In this document: piece after piece, positions 28,348 through 35,756 of the stretch
Position numbering within the stretch: the stretch's first letter is position 1
Layout: each line of letters begins with the position of its first letter
DNA from: a virus
Taxonomy: Duplodnaviria > Caudoviricetes
Virus record (IMG/VR): IMGVR_UViG_3300049926_000016
Location: 1-48,152 of that record
DNA length: 48,152 bases
Direction: 5' to 3' (one strand)
Notes under the pieces: generated by a model
Databases searched by the model: none
The model's input: only the letters and a program-made list of their open reading frames with translations
What the model was told of the DNA's origin: nothing
Position numbers and translations under genes: made by a program

Positions 28348-28797
28348 ATGCTCGTTTACATCGCCGGTCCAATGACCGGCATCCCCCAGTTCAACTTCCC
28401 CGCGTTCGACGCGCTCGCGGCCAGCCTCCGGGCTGGCGGGTTCGACGTCAAGAGCCCGGCGGAGATGGACGACCCAGTCACCCGCGCCGCCGCGCTGGCG
28501 TCCCCTGACGGGGCACCGGGCTCGGGCTCGGCCAATGGCGAGACGTGGGGCGACTTCCTCGCCCGTGACGTCAAGCTCCTGTCGGACGGTGGCATCGAGG
28601 CCATCGTCGTCCTGCCGAACTGGCATCGCTCTCGCGGCGCTCGTCTGGAGACGTTCGTGGCCAGCGCCATGAACGGCAAGACCATCTACACGTGGGATGC
28701 CACGTACCAAGAGCTGACCCCCGTCCCGTTCATCGACCTCGTTCGCGCGTGGGCCGGTAAGCAGGACATCAGCTTCCACACGGTGGTCACGGCATGA
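28348..28797 (+). CDS. DUF4406 / nucleoside deoxyribosyltransferase-fold protein
   Basis: VYIAGPMTG...NFPAF...LPNW.RSRGARLE. Confidence 0.88.
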   Translation: MLVYIAGPMTGIPQFNFPAFDALAASLRAGGFDVKSPAEMDDPVTRAAALASPDGAPGSGSANGETWGDFLARDVKLLSDGGIEAIVVLPNWHRSRGARLETFVASAMNGKTIYTWDATYQELTPVPFIDLVRAWAGKQDISFHTVVTA

Positions 28798-29066
28798 AGA
28801 CCTTTGGCCGTGCCATTGCAATTCAGACCGAGGGCCTTGACGCGGTCGAGGACTTCGACAAATCCCTCGCGCAGGCGCGCGACATGCTGGCGAAGAACAT
28901 CTCCGAGAGCATGAGGGCCTGCCACTACCTCGGCTACGACATCGACGCCGCGTCGGTCGTCGTGGACGAGGAGCAGCGGGGGGACGTCTACGTCCTCTCG
29001 TACACGATGAAGGGCCGACAGCGGGTCCGTCTGCTGCGGCGCCTATGGAAGGCGGTTCGCGCATGA
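28794..29066 (+). CDS. Hypothetical protein
   Basis: ATGA overlaps at both ends. Confidence 0.7.
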   Translation: MKTFGRAIAIQTEGLDAVEDFDKSLAQARDMLAKNISESMRACHYLGYDIDAASVVVDEEQRGDVYVLSYTMKGRQRVRLLRRLWKAVRA

Positions 29067-29854
29067 GCAATCCGAAGGACCTCGTCGGGGCGAAGAAAGC
29101 CCCGATGGACCTCGTCCCGGCGGCGGGCGCCATCATGTCCGCTCCGGCCCACAAGAACGGCGCCGACAAGTACGGCCCGTTCAACTGGCGCCTCAACCCT
29201 GTCCAGATGATGACGTACCTCGCGGCCATGCGCCGCCACATGGACGCCCTCATCGACGGTCAGGACTTCGCCGAGGACACCGGCATCCACCACCTGAGCC
29301 ACATCCTCGCCGGGGCCAACATCCTCGCCGATGCCATGGGGCTCGGGAACCTCATCGACAACCGCCCGCCCAAGGGACCGGCGGCCGACATGCTCCGGGC
29401 ACAGGACCACTCGGCCCCGCTGAACCCCGACGGCGTGCCGGGCAAGCTGACCACGGAGGCCGAGGACTCTATCCTCCCTGCCATGTTCAAGGCTGACCCG
29501 GGCTGGTTCAACTGCGGCGACCCCGAGTGCGGGGCCTGCCCTCGCCCGTCCGACGACGAGCACCACGCCCTGATGAAGGCGCGTCGTGAGACCGTGGCCG
29601 CTGCCCGGGCTGACGAGGATGCGCCGACGACGGTCTTCTGGTGCGGCCACAAGTTCGGTGAGGAACCCATCACCGACGAGTCGAAGGGTCCGCTCTGCGG
29701 CACCGCCATCCACTGGTCGCGGGTCAACGGTGTCGCCGACACCACCCCGTTCCGTGAGGCCGCCGCCATGGTGCCAGCCGAGCTGGCCGTGTGCGAGGAC
29801 TCGGGCAACCACATCCCGGGCCGCCACCTACTGACCTGCCCCGACTTCAGCTAG
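29063..29854 (+). CDS. dATP/dGTP diphosphohydrolase-domain (DUF5664-like) protein with Cys-rich extension
   Basis: NPKD..G..K...LVP...GADKYG.FNWR...AMRRH...DTGIHHL.H. Confidence 0.87.
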   Translation: MSNPKDLVGAKKAPMDLVPAAGAIMSAPAHKNGADKYGPFNWRLNPVQMMTYLAAMRRHMDALIDGQDFAEDTGIHHLSHILAGANILADAMGLGNLIDNRPPKGPAADMLRAQDHSAPLNPDGVPGKLTTEAEDSILPAMFKADPGWFNCGDPECGACPRPSDDEHHALMKARRETVAAARADEDAPTTVFWCGHKFGEEPITDESKGPLCGTAIHWSRVNGVADTTPFREAAAMVPAELAVCEDSGNHIPGRHLLTCPDFS

Positions 29855-30246
29855 TGCGCCAATTGCAATGCCCCCAGTGTGGGGCGCCGATGTGGGAAGG
29901 CGGCCGATGCCCTTGGGACCGAGGTTCCGGGTGTATCGGCCGCTCACTCGTCGTATCTCCTGCCCCCCGTAGACGGCCTGAGAGCGTCGCAGCGCCCAAA
30001 GTGGCGCGCGTGTCCACGCCACGGCCGCAACGGGCAGCTACCCCCCGCGCTCGTCGGCTGGCAAAGCGGACGCCCGAGATGAAGCAGGCATACAACCTCG
30101 CCTACCTGCGCGAGCGCCGGGGACCCATCCCGCCGGGCCGCTGCGTCCAGTGCGCGGAGGCCATCGTGTGCCACAACCCCACGCGCCGTCGCTACTGCTC
30201 GCCCCGGTGCCGGGGCCGGTGGGAGAGGGCGCATCGTGGCGCGTAG
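29854..30246 (+). CDS. Cys-rich, basic Zn-finger protein
   Basis: GTG start at the previous stop; CPQC, CVQC, YCSPRC. Confidence 0.6.
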   Translation: MRQLQCPQCGAPMWEGGRCPWDRGSGCIGRSLVVSPAPRRRPESVAAPKVARVSTPRPQRAATPRARRLAKRTPEMKQAYNLAYLRERRGPIPPGRCVQCAEAIVCHNPTRRRYCSPRCRGRWERAHRGA

Positions 30247-30775
30247 GCCCGCCCACAAGACGGCCCACGTGCCGTGCCCGAACGGAGCCGCCAACTGGGC
30301 GGACTGTGACGAGGCCGTCGCTCACTCGTGGGGTCCGTGCAAGGCCATCGTCGGCAAGCATGAGCCCGAGCCCTGCTCGCGCTGGGCTTTCGATGACAAG
30401 GGCTACTGCGGCCAGCACTACGTGGCCAAGGTCGAGGGGGAGCGGGAGGCCGAGCGCATTGCAATTGCCAAGGCGGCGCTGGCGCAGCGGATTGACGAGT
30501 ACATCGCGTGGACTGCCGAGCATCCGTCGGTCTGGGACTCGCGCCTCGCGCCGAGGGTGGCTGCGGGGGCAGGGCTCGAACCTGCGACCAACCGGGTAAC
30601 AACCGGCCGCTCTACCACTGAGCTACCCCGCAAGGGTCCGCATCGGATTGTGGTGGAGCCGGAGGGAGTCGAACCCTCGTCGGTGGTCTCGCCCGAGCCC
30701 GAGGGCCTGAGCGCCGCCACCCGCACCAATCGGCCCCACAGGCTAACCGAGCTGGAATTAGCTGCCGACGGCTGA
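30236..30775 (+). CDS. Hypothetical Zn-binding protein; C-terminus runs antisense through the RNA genes
   Basis: First ~105 aa have typical codon usage and C..C..YCGQH; the last ~70 codons overlap the tRNA and TLD antisense. Confidence 0.55.
   Translation: MARRPAHKTAHVPCPNGAANWADCDEAVAHSWGPCKAIVGKHEPEPCSRWAFDDKGYCGQHYVAKVEGEREAERIAIAKAALAQRIDEYIAWTAEHPSVWDSRLAPRVAAGAGLEPATNRVTTGRSTTELPRKGPHRIVVEPEGVEPSSVVSPEPEGLSAATRTNRPHRLTELELAADG
30558..30632 (-). tRNA. tRNA-Asn (GTT)
   Basis: TGCGGGG TA GCTC AGTGGTA GAGC G GCCGG TTGTTAC CCGGT TGGTC GCAGG TTCGAGC CCTGC CCCCGCA G CCA: full cloverleaf, G73, encoded CCA. Confidence 0.96.
30651..30737 (-). ncRNA. Mini-tmRNA: tRNA-like domain only (87 nt)
   Basis: GGGGCCG/CGGCTCC acceptor with G3:U70, A73, CCA; stemless D-loop; long P2-like helix capped by a tetraloop; GAC linker; T-arm GAGGG-TTCGACT-CCCTC; no anticodon loop or tag ORF. 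Confidence 0.85.
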
Positions 30776-31062
30776 CCGTCCATCGCATCCGGCTGGTTCC
30801 ACTTCACCCCGGGCTAACACTCCGGGACTACTGCTGGGCTGGTCGGGCTGGTTAGTTCTAGGACAGCTTACCGTCGGCCCCGCCATCATACCACCACCCC
30901 GGACAATCAGAAAGACCCGGTCTCGATAACCGGGCCTAACCTTCGTCGCCGGGTGGTACAGCCGCTTGGTCTTACCACAGAACCATTGAGCTACCGGAAA
31001 TGCCTCGCTCACTTGGTCCTGACTTCCGGCTTCCCTGTCCACCCGAGAGGGGCTTCCAGCTC
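30749..31062 (-). ncRNA. Putative structured ncRNA (~310 nt), family unidentified
   Basis: Terminal 9-bp inverted repeat encloses several nested helices; lies between a promoter and the TLD/tRNA; no credible ORF. Confidence 0.65.
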
Positions 31063-31110
31063 CACCATCTATCCGAACCGCTGAGAGCATCAGCAACAAC
31101 TAATGTCTGA

Positions 31111-31138
31111 ACTATACACCCGCCGCGACGGTTGTCAA
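31111..31138 (-). promoter_or_regulatory. Sigma70-type promoter for the RNA operon
   Basis: TTGACA-16 bp-TATAGT on the minus strand. Confidence 0.75.
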
Positions 31139-31154
31139 GCGTTTTCCGCAGGCC

Positions 31155-31277
31155 CTATTGCAATTTGCGGAACGCGCACTCTTGGCACCACAGGCCGGGC
31201 ACGGCCCAGACTGGCCAGTGGCCGAAGGTGAGAATGTGGGCGGCCACGGCGTAGGCCCAGTAGAGGCGCTGCATCAT
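31155..31277 (-). CDS. 40-aa hydrophobic peptide (not in the ORF track)
   Basis: ATGA overlap; MMQRLYWAYAVAAHILTFGHWPVWAVPGLWCQECAFRKLQ. Confidence 0.5.
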   Translation of the reverse strand: MMQRLYWAYAVAAHILTFGHWPVWAVPGLWCQECAFRKLQ

Positions 31278-31480
31278 CGGTAGCCCCTCCGCCGCTCCAG
31301 CTCCACGACGTTGATGGCCAGCCGGAATAGCTCGTCTGCGGTGAGGTCCCAGTCCTGCGAGAGGAGCGGACGGTCGGCCCGGAGAGGGTCGATGCAGCGG
31401 GGCTCGATACGAATATCGGCGGTGGCAGCGTCGAGCCCCAAGGAGCGAAGCCGTGCCTCAATCTCCTCGGGGCTCATCAT
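31274..31480 (-). CDS. Hypothetical protein
   Basis: Follows the phosphoesterase gene in the operon. Confidence 0.65.
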   Translation of the reverse strand: MMSPEEIEARLRSLGLDAATADIRIEPRCIDPLRADRPLLSQDWDLTADELFRLAINVVELERRRGYR

Positions 31481-31486
31481 GGCGTG

Positions 31487-32758
31487 CTACAACTCGATGG
31501 CTGGGGTGGGCTTGCGGGTCTGGGCGTTCGGGGTCAGCACGATACGTGACTGCCACGTGATGCCGTTCTCCGGGTGGACGCCGAAGGCCCACTGGATGGG
31601 GTCGCTGGCCGCCTTGATGCCGTTGACCGAGTAGTCGTCACCGCCGTCCCACGCCCCGTTCATAATCTCCCGGCCGGTCTGGAACGTGACGTCCTGCGGC
31701 GTGTGGAAGTGGGCGACCAGATGGAGGTCGAATAGCTGCTTGTGCAGGCCGGTGTCCTTGGCGGCTCCACGGGCCATGCCGTTGATGGGGAGGCCGGAGA
31801 ACCCGTCCCCGCCCTTGATGGCGTCGTTGTGGCTGGAGTAGACGCGCAGCGGCCCGAGCTGGGTCACGCTGTACTTCAGGGTGTCGGCGTGGAGCTTGAC
31901 CTTGCCGTCGGCGATGAGGTCCCGGAGTCCGATGGCGAGCACCTGTCCGGCCACGTAGTCCCAGTTGTCGGCGGGGAGGTTGACCCCGAAGTCGCCGACC
32001 CGGCCGTGATTGCCGAACTCCCAGACAATGGCAATTTCAATGCCAAGGTTGGCCTCCAGCTCACGGACCATGCGCTCGAACTCGGTGACGAGCAGGAGCA
32101 TTTGGGCGCTGGCCGTGTTGATGTCCGTGCGGGCCTGATGGCCGCGCCGCATGTCCACCCCATCGACGCCGTCGCCGAGGAAGTAGATGACCAGCTTGGT
32201 GATGGGGGACGTTTTGGAGTGGAGCCCGTACAGCCGCAAGATGCGGTTCTTCAGGCGCGCGAGGCGCTGCTCGAAGATGGGCAGGCCGTAGCCGAACTCG
32301 CTGCCGACCACGGTGGGGTCAGCCAGCTTGCCGATGTGGATGTCACCGATGAGGACCACCATGGTCTCCGGCGTGCCGCTGCCCTGCGGGATGACGAGCT
32401 GCTGGACGAGGTCCGCGCGAGGCGTCAGTGCGAAGGCGTCGCGGGCGATGTCAAGGAACTCGTCCCACCGGGCCTGCTGCTTGGCCGCGCTGGCCATCTC
32501 GCGGGCGATGGCGAGGTCCATAGCCTTGTCGCGCTCCCGCCGGACCTGTGCCTCGAAGCGGTCCTCCGGGCTGGCCTCGATGTCGCCGAGCGACTTGAAG
32601 GCCCGGGTGCGCATCCGGGACGTGACCATGTCTGAATTGAAATTGACGCCGAACGTGGCGGTCAGCTCCTCCGCGACCTGCTTGGAATTGAGGCCCCGAG
32701 CGACGCCACCTTGGATGGTGGCGTCGTGCTCGGGGCGGTAGATGAACCGCTCCGTCAT
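31487..32758 (-). CDS. Calcineurin-like metallophosphoesterase with N-terminal HTH
   Basis: GDIHIG, LGDGVDG, GNHG, H, AHFH motifs; start MTERFIY. Confidence 0.88.
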   Translation of the reverse strand: MTERFIYRPEHDATIQGGVARGLNSKQVAEELTATFGVNFNSDMVTSRMRTRAFKSLGDIEASPEDRFEAQVRRERDKAMDLAIAREMASAAKQQARWDEFLDIARDAFALTPRADLVQQLVIPQGSGTPETMVVLIGDIHIGKLADPTVVGSEFGYGLPIFEQRLARLKNRILRLYGLHSKTSPITKLVIYFLGDGVDGVDMRRGHQARTDINTASAQMLLLVTEFERMVRELEANLGIEIAIVWEFGNHGRVGDFGVNLPADNWDYVAGQVLAIGLRDLIADGKVKLHADTLKYSVTQLGPLRVYSSHNDAIKGGDGFSGLPINGMARGAAKDTGLHKQLFDLHLVAHFHTPQDVTFQTGREIMNGAWDGGDDYSVNGIKAASDPIQWAFGVHPENGITWQSRIVLTPNAQTRKPTPAIEL

Positions 32759-32762
32759 GGTG

Positions 32763-33206
32763 CTACTGGACCTTGTCGGTCTGGATGGAGACGGCGCCCT
32801 TGACGGCCTCGGGCTCCGGGTCGGACTTGGGCTGGATGTTGCGGGCACGCACGGCGTCGAGCCACTTCTGCATGTCCTCCTCCAGATGGGCTGCCTCGTG
32901 GGCCGCCTGCGCCTCGTCCGACAGGTTCTCGATGTAGGTCTGCGGCGAGAAGACGAACCGACGGATGGACTCCACGAGGATGACGAGCGTCGCGATGGCC
33001 GCGAACGCGTCACCGATGGCGTCCTCGAAGGACAGGGCGGGGAGCAGGCCCGGCTTCACGATGCCGAGGAGCTGCACGACGAGGAAGACGACCACGGCGG
33101 CGCCGTAGCCGATGAGCCGAGCGGGCTCGGTGGTGAGGAACGAGTCCACCTTCGCAAGGAGGGCAGAGACGAACGCGCGGATGTTGTTCACGGAGACTCC
33201 TTTCAC
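32763..33206 (-). CDS. Holin-like two-TM protein
   Basis: EPARLIG..., two hydrophobic helices, RRFVFSP; next to the endolysin. Confidence 0.65.
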   Translation of the reverse strand: MKGVSVNNIRAFVSALLAKVDSFLTTEPARLIGYGAAVVVFLVVQLLGIVKPGLLPALSFEDAIGDAFAAIATLVILVESIRRFVFSPQTYIENLSDEAQAAHEAAHLEEDMQKWLDAVRARNIQPKSDPEPEAVKGAVSIQTDKVQ

Positions 33207-34225
33207 GAGTTCCTGACCTTGTCTGCTTCCGCCTTACCCAGCGACAGCGCGAGACGTTCGCGCTCGATGGCCGGAGCTGCGGCGGCTTCCGCTGCGGACT
33301 TCGCAGCGGCCGTGTTGGCGGCCGTGATGGCCGCTTGGTCGGCGTTCTTCTGGGCGAGCACGGCTGCGTCCTGCGTCGCCTTGGTGAACCCATCGTCGGC
33401 AGTTGCCGCCGGGGGCGTGATGGACTTGATGTTGTCGATGGCCGTGTACCGCCACTTGCCAGCCTCCAGCCACGCCAGCCAGTCGGTCTTGCCGTTGGCC
33501 GGGTCCTTGTCGCCGGTCACGTAACCGATGACGTTGTGGACGGTCTCGTCCGTGGCCGTGGTGCGAACTTTGGCGGCGGCGATGAGGGGGTCAACCCGGA
33601 TGTTCGACTGCGCCTTGACGACGGCGGTCGAGTTCAGGACGACGACTGGGATGAGGTTGATGGGATACACGGTTGGGGCTCCTGCCGGGGCGACCGGCCA
33701 TTTCAATGCTGGGGCGACGATGGCCTCCCCGGCGAACGAGTTGACGAACTTCTGCAAGTCCGACGGGCTGATGATGACCGGAACGTCGGCCGTAGTCGGC
33801 GCCTCGGGGTCACACCACAGTAGCACACCGTCGGGCGTTCGGGCAACCCACGCGGAGTGGCCACCGTCGAAGTTCCTGTCCCACTTGGACAGGGGATTGG
33901 TCGGGCCGAAGGCCGACATGGAACCCTGCACGATGCCGACCATGCCGGGCTTCAGGATGGTGAGGATGGTCTTGTTGCTCGTCGCGGCTGGTAGCGTGTG
34001 GTGGTACCGGGCGGCCACGCCGCGCCGGAAGTCGCCGTAGTTCGAGCCGCCGGTCGGGGGCTCTCCACTGGCCGCCCGGAGGAGCTGCGACTCCGTATGG
34101 GTGGCAGGCTTCGACGGGTCGATTGCGTCGCGGTAGAACTCCAGCCCGGAGTCCCACGTGCAGTCCTCGAAGCTGCCGTCAGCCTCGCGCTCGCTGATGT
34201 GCTTGTGGGTGGTGGGCTCAGTCAT
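33203..34225 (-). CDS. Putative endolysin (C39/papain-like peptidase + SH3-like domain)
   Basis: DCTWDS (Cys), GGHS (His), WCDP (Asp); NIRVDP...WLAW cell-wall-binding-like segment; lysis context. Confidence 0.65.
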   Translation of the reverse strand: MTEPTTHKHISEREADGSFEDCTWDSGLEFYRDAIDPSKPATHTESQLLRAASGEPPTGGSNYGDFRRGVAARYHHTLPAATSNKTILTILKPGMVGIVQGSMSAFGPTNPLSKWDRNFDGGHSAWVARTPDGVLLWCDPEAPTTADVPVIISPSDLQKFVNSFAGEAIVAPALKWPVAPAGAPTVYPINLIPVVVLNSTAVVKAQSNIRVDPLIAAAKVRTTATDETVHNVIGYVTGDKDPANGKTDWLAWLEAGKWRYTAIDNIKSITPPAATADDGFTKATQDAAVLAQKNADQAAITAANTAAAKSAAEAAAAPAIERERLALSLGKAEADKVRNS

Positions 34226-34578
34226 GGCTTGTCCGGGTCATCGACGTCGAACAGCTCGGCCTTGGCGTAATAGCCGAGGCCCGTGAACAGGATGACGTCG
34301 GACTGGAGCGTGAAGATGAGGCGCAGGATGGGGTCGTCAGCGAGGCTGATGCCCAGCACCCGGAGGATGGCGGTCTCGCCGCCCATCACGGCCAGCGCCG
34401 CGAACAAGACGAACCCTCGCTTCAGCAGCACGGGCACCGGCAGCTTGGCGAGGCGGTAATCGTGAAGACGCCGGGCCATCGAGAACAGGATGGCGCCCAG
34501 CAGCGCGAGGAAGAAGACGAACGCGACGAAGTTGACGACCGTCAGCGCCGCGATTGCAATGTCGTTGAGGTCGCTCAT
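34222..34578 (-). CDS. Three-TM membrane protein (lysis cassette)
   Basis: Three hydrophobic segments. Confidence 0.7.
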   Translation of the reverse strand: MSDLNDIAIAALTVVNFVAFVFFLALLGAILFSMARRLHDYRLAKLPVPVLLKRGFVLFAALAVMGGETAILRVLGISLADDPILRLIFTLQSDVILFTGLGYYAKAELFDVDDPDKP

Positions 34579-34736
34579 GCGTGGCTCACCGGGTTCTTCC
34601 GGGCATAGGTCGTGAACTTGCGGTCGGCAGCCGCGACCCGCTTGCGTGCGGCGAGGATGCGGAGGGTCGCGACGTCCTGAACGATGGTCGCGGCCTCGAT
34701 TTTGGTCTTGTCGTCCTGCACGTCAATGGCCTCCAC
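34575..34736 (-). CDS. Small hypothetical protein
   Basis: GTG start inferred; coupled to its neighbours. Confidence 0.5.
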   Translation of the reverse strand: MEAIDVQDDKTKIEAATIVQDVATLRILAARKRVAAADRKFTTYARKNPVSHA

Positions 34737-35025
34737 TTCGGGGGAGGCGGTCGATGAGCTTTTCGGTGAGGGCGACCGAAGTGTCCATGATGGCCGTCGC
34801 ATCTTTCAGCAACCCTCCGAGGACATCGAGCTTTTCCTCGGCCCGCTCGGTGCGGGACCGCTCGAACGCGATGTCTGCGTCCTTCGAGACGATGAGGTCG
34901 GCGAACAGTTTGTCCTTGGCGAGGAGGTCCTTGCGACCCTGACGCCAGAGAGCGCCGACGCCGAGGACAGCGAGAACGAGCGCACCTTCCGGGCCGAGGA
35001 TGTGCGGGAGCAACTGTTCAAGCAC
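34723..35025 (-). CDS. TM + coiled-coil protein (holin/lysis accessory)
   Basis: N-terminal TM helix followed by a coiled coil. Confidence 0.65.
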   Translation of the reverse strand: MLEQLLPHILGPEGALVLAVLGVGALWRQGRKDLLAKDKLFADLIVSKDADIAFERSRTERAEEKLDVLGGLLKDATAIMDTSVALTEKLIDRLPRSGGH

Positions 35026-35057
35026 ACGGGCACTCGCTCACGTTCATGCCACACAGT

Positions 35058-35753
35058 TTACCTCCGTTTCACTCCGGCGTCTACCGCTTGACGTCGGCCA
35101 CGCGAGACGTAGCGGTCGCGAGCGGCCCACGGGTCGAGATAGTTCCGGACGACCACCTTGTAATTGAAATCCTGCGGGAGGGGCGGCGGCTCCTTCTTAG
35201 GCTTGGGGTGCGGGTCCTTGGTCTGGACGTACTTCCAGCCCATGTAGACGCGCAGCAGGTGGTTCTTCTTCGGGTCGTAAGCGTCCGCCCACGTCGCCGC
35301 GCCATAGTGCGCCGCATCCCACTTCGACATCGCGAGTGCGGCGAGGAAGTCGTTGGCCGCCTGATTGCCGCCGTGCTTCAGGGCGTTCAGTGCGAGCCGG
35401 TAGCCGTAGCTGTCGAGGTCCTTGGCCCCGGCGCCGTGGCCGCCGTGCATGAGGAGGTAGGCGGCAGCCTCGAAGCCCTTGGCCATGGAGGCGAAGACCG
35501 CGAAGTGGCCGTTGCCCTTGGACTTGCGGGTCCCCGATTGCAATGGCGAGGTCCGGATGTTGAACGGGTTGTTGCCGATGACGCGGCTCAGCCCGCCGGA
35601 CTCCTGATGGAACCACGACGCGACCGCGAGGATGAGAAACTGGTCCTTGGCGTTGATGCTCTTGGAGTAGTTCTTGTGGAGATACCCGAGAAACGCCTCG
35701 ATGGCCAGCGTCTCGGCGTACGAGACTGTGTTCGTGCCGGTGCTGGAGGCCAT
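35058..35753 (-). CDS. Lysozyme-fold (glucosaminidase-like) muralytic protein
   Basis: QESGG...GNNPFNI...FAVFAS...G pattern. Confidence 0.65.
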   Translation of the reverse strand: MASSTGTNTVSYAETLAIEAFLGYLHKNYSKSINAKDQFLILAVASWFHQESGGLSRVIGNNPFNIRTSPLQSGTRKSKGNGHFAVFASMAKGFEAAAYLLMHGGHGAGAKDLDSYGYRLALNALKHGGNQAANDFLAALAMSKWDAAHYGAATWADAYDPKKNHLLRVYMGWKYVQTKDPHPKPKKEPPPLPQDFNYKVVVRNYLDPWAARDRYVSRGRRQAVDAGVKRR

Positions 35754-35756
35754 GGC

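Noticed and set aside
27968-29854. 2-aminoadenine (Z) or 7-deazaguanine DNA modification pathway
   Set aside because: No PurZ, DpdA/Que enzymes or phage DNA polymerase recognised.
30651-30737. Ordinary tRNA-Ala, tRNA-Sec (TCA present) or integration-site remnant
   Set aside because: No D-stem and no 7-nt anticodon loop with U33; both ends are present and pair; no integrase in the window.
30749-31062. RNase P RNA, group I intron or Y RNA identity
   Set aside because: No GAGGAAAGUCC RNase P core; only a weak TAGTCC resemblance to group I P7 and no interrupted gene; no T-arm next to the tRNA-like half.
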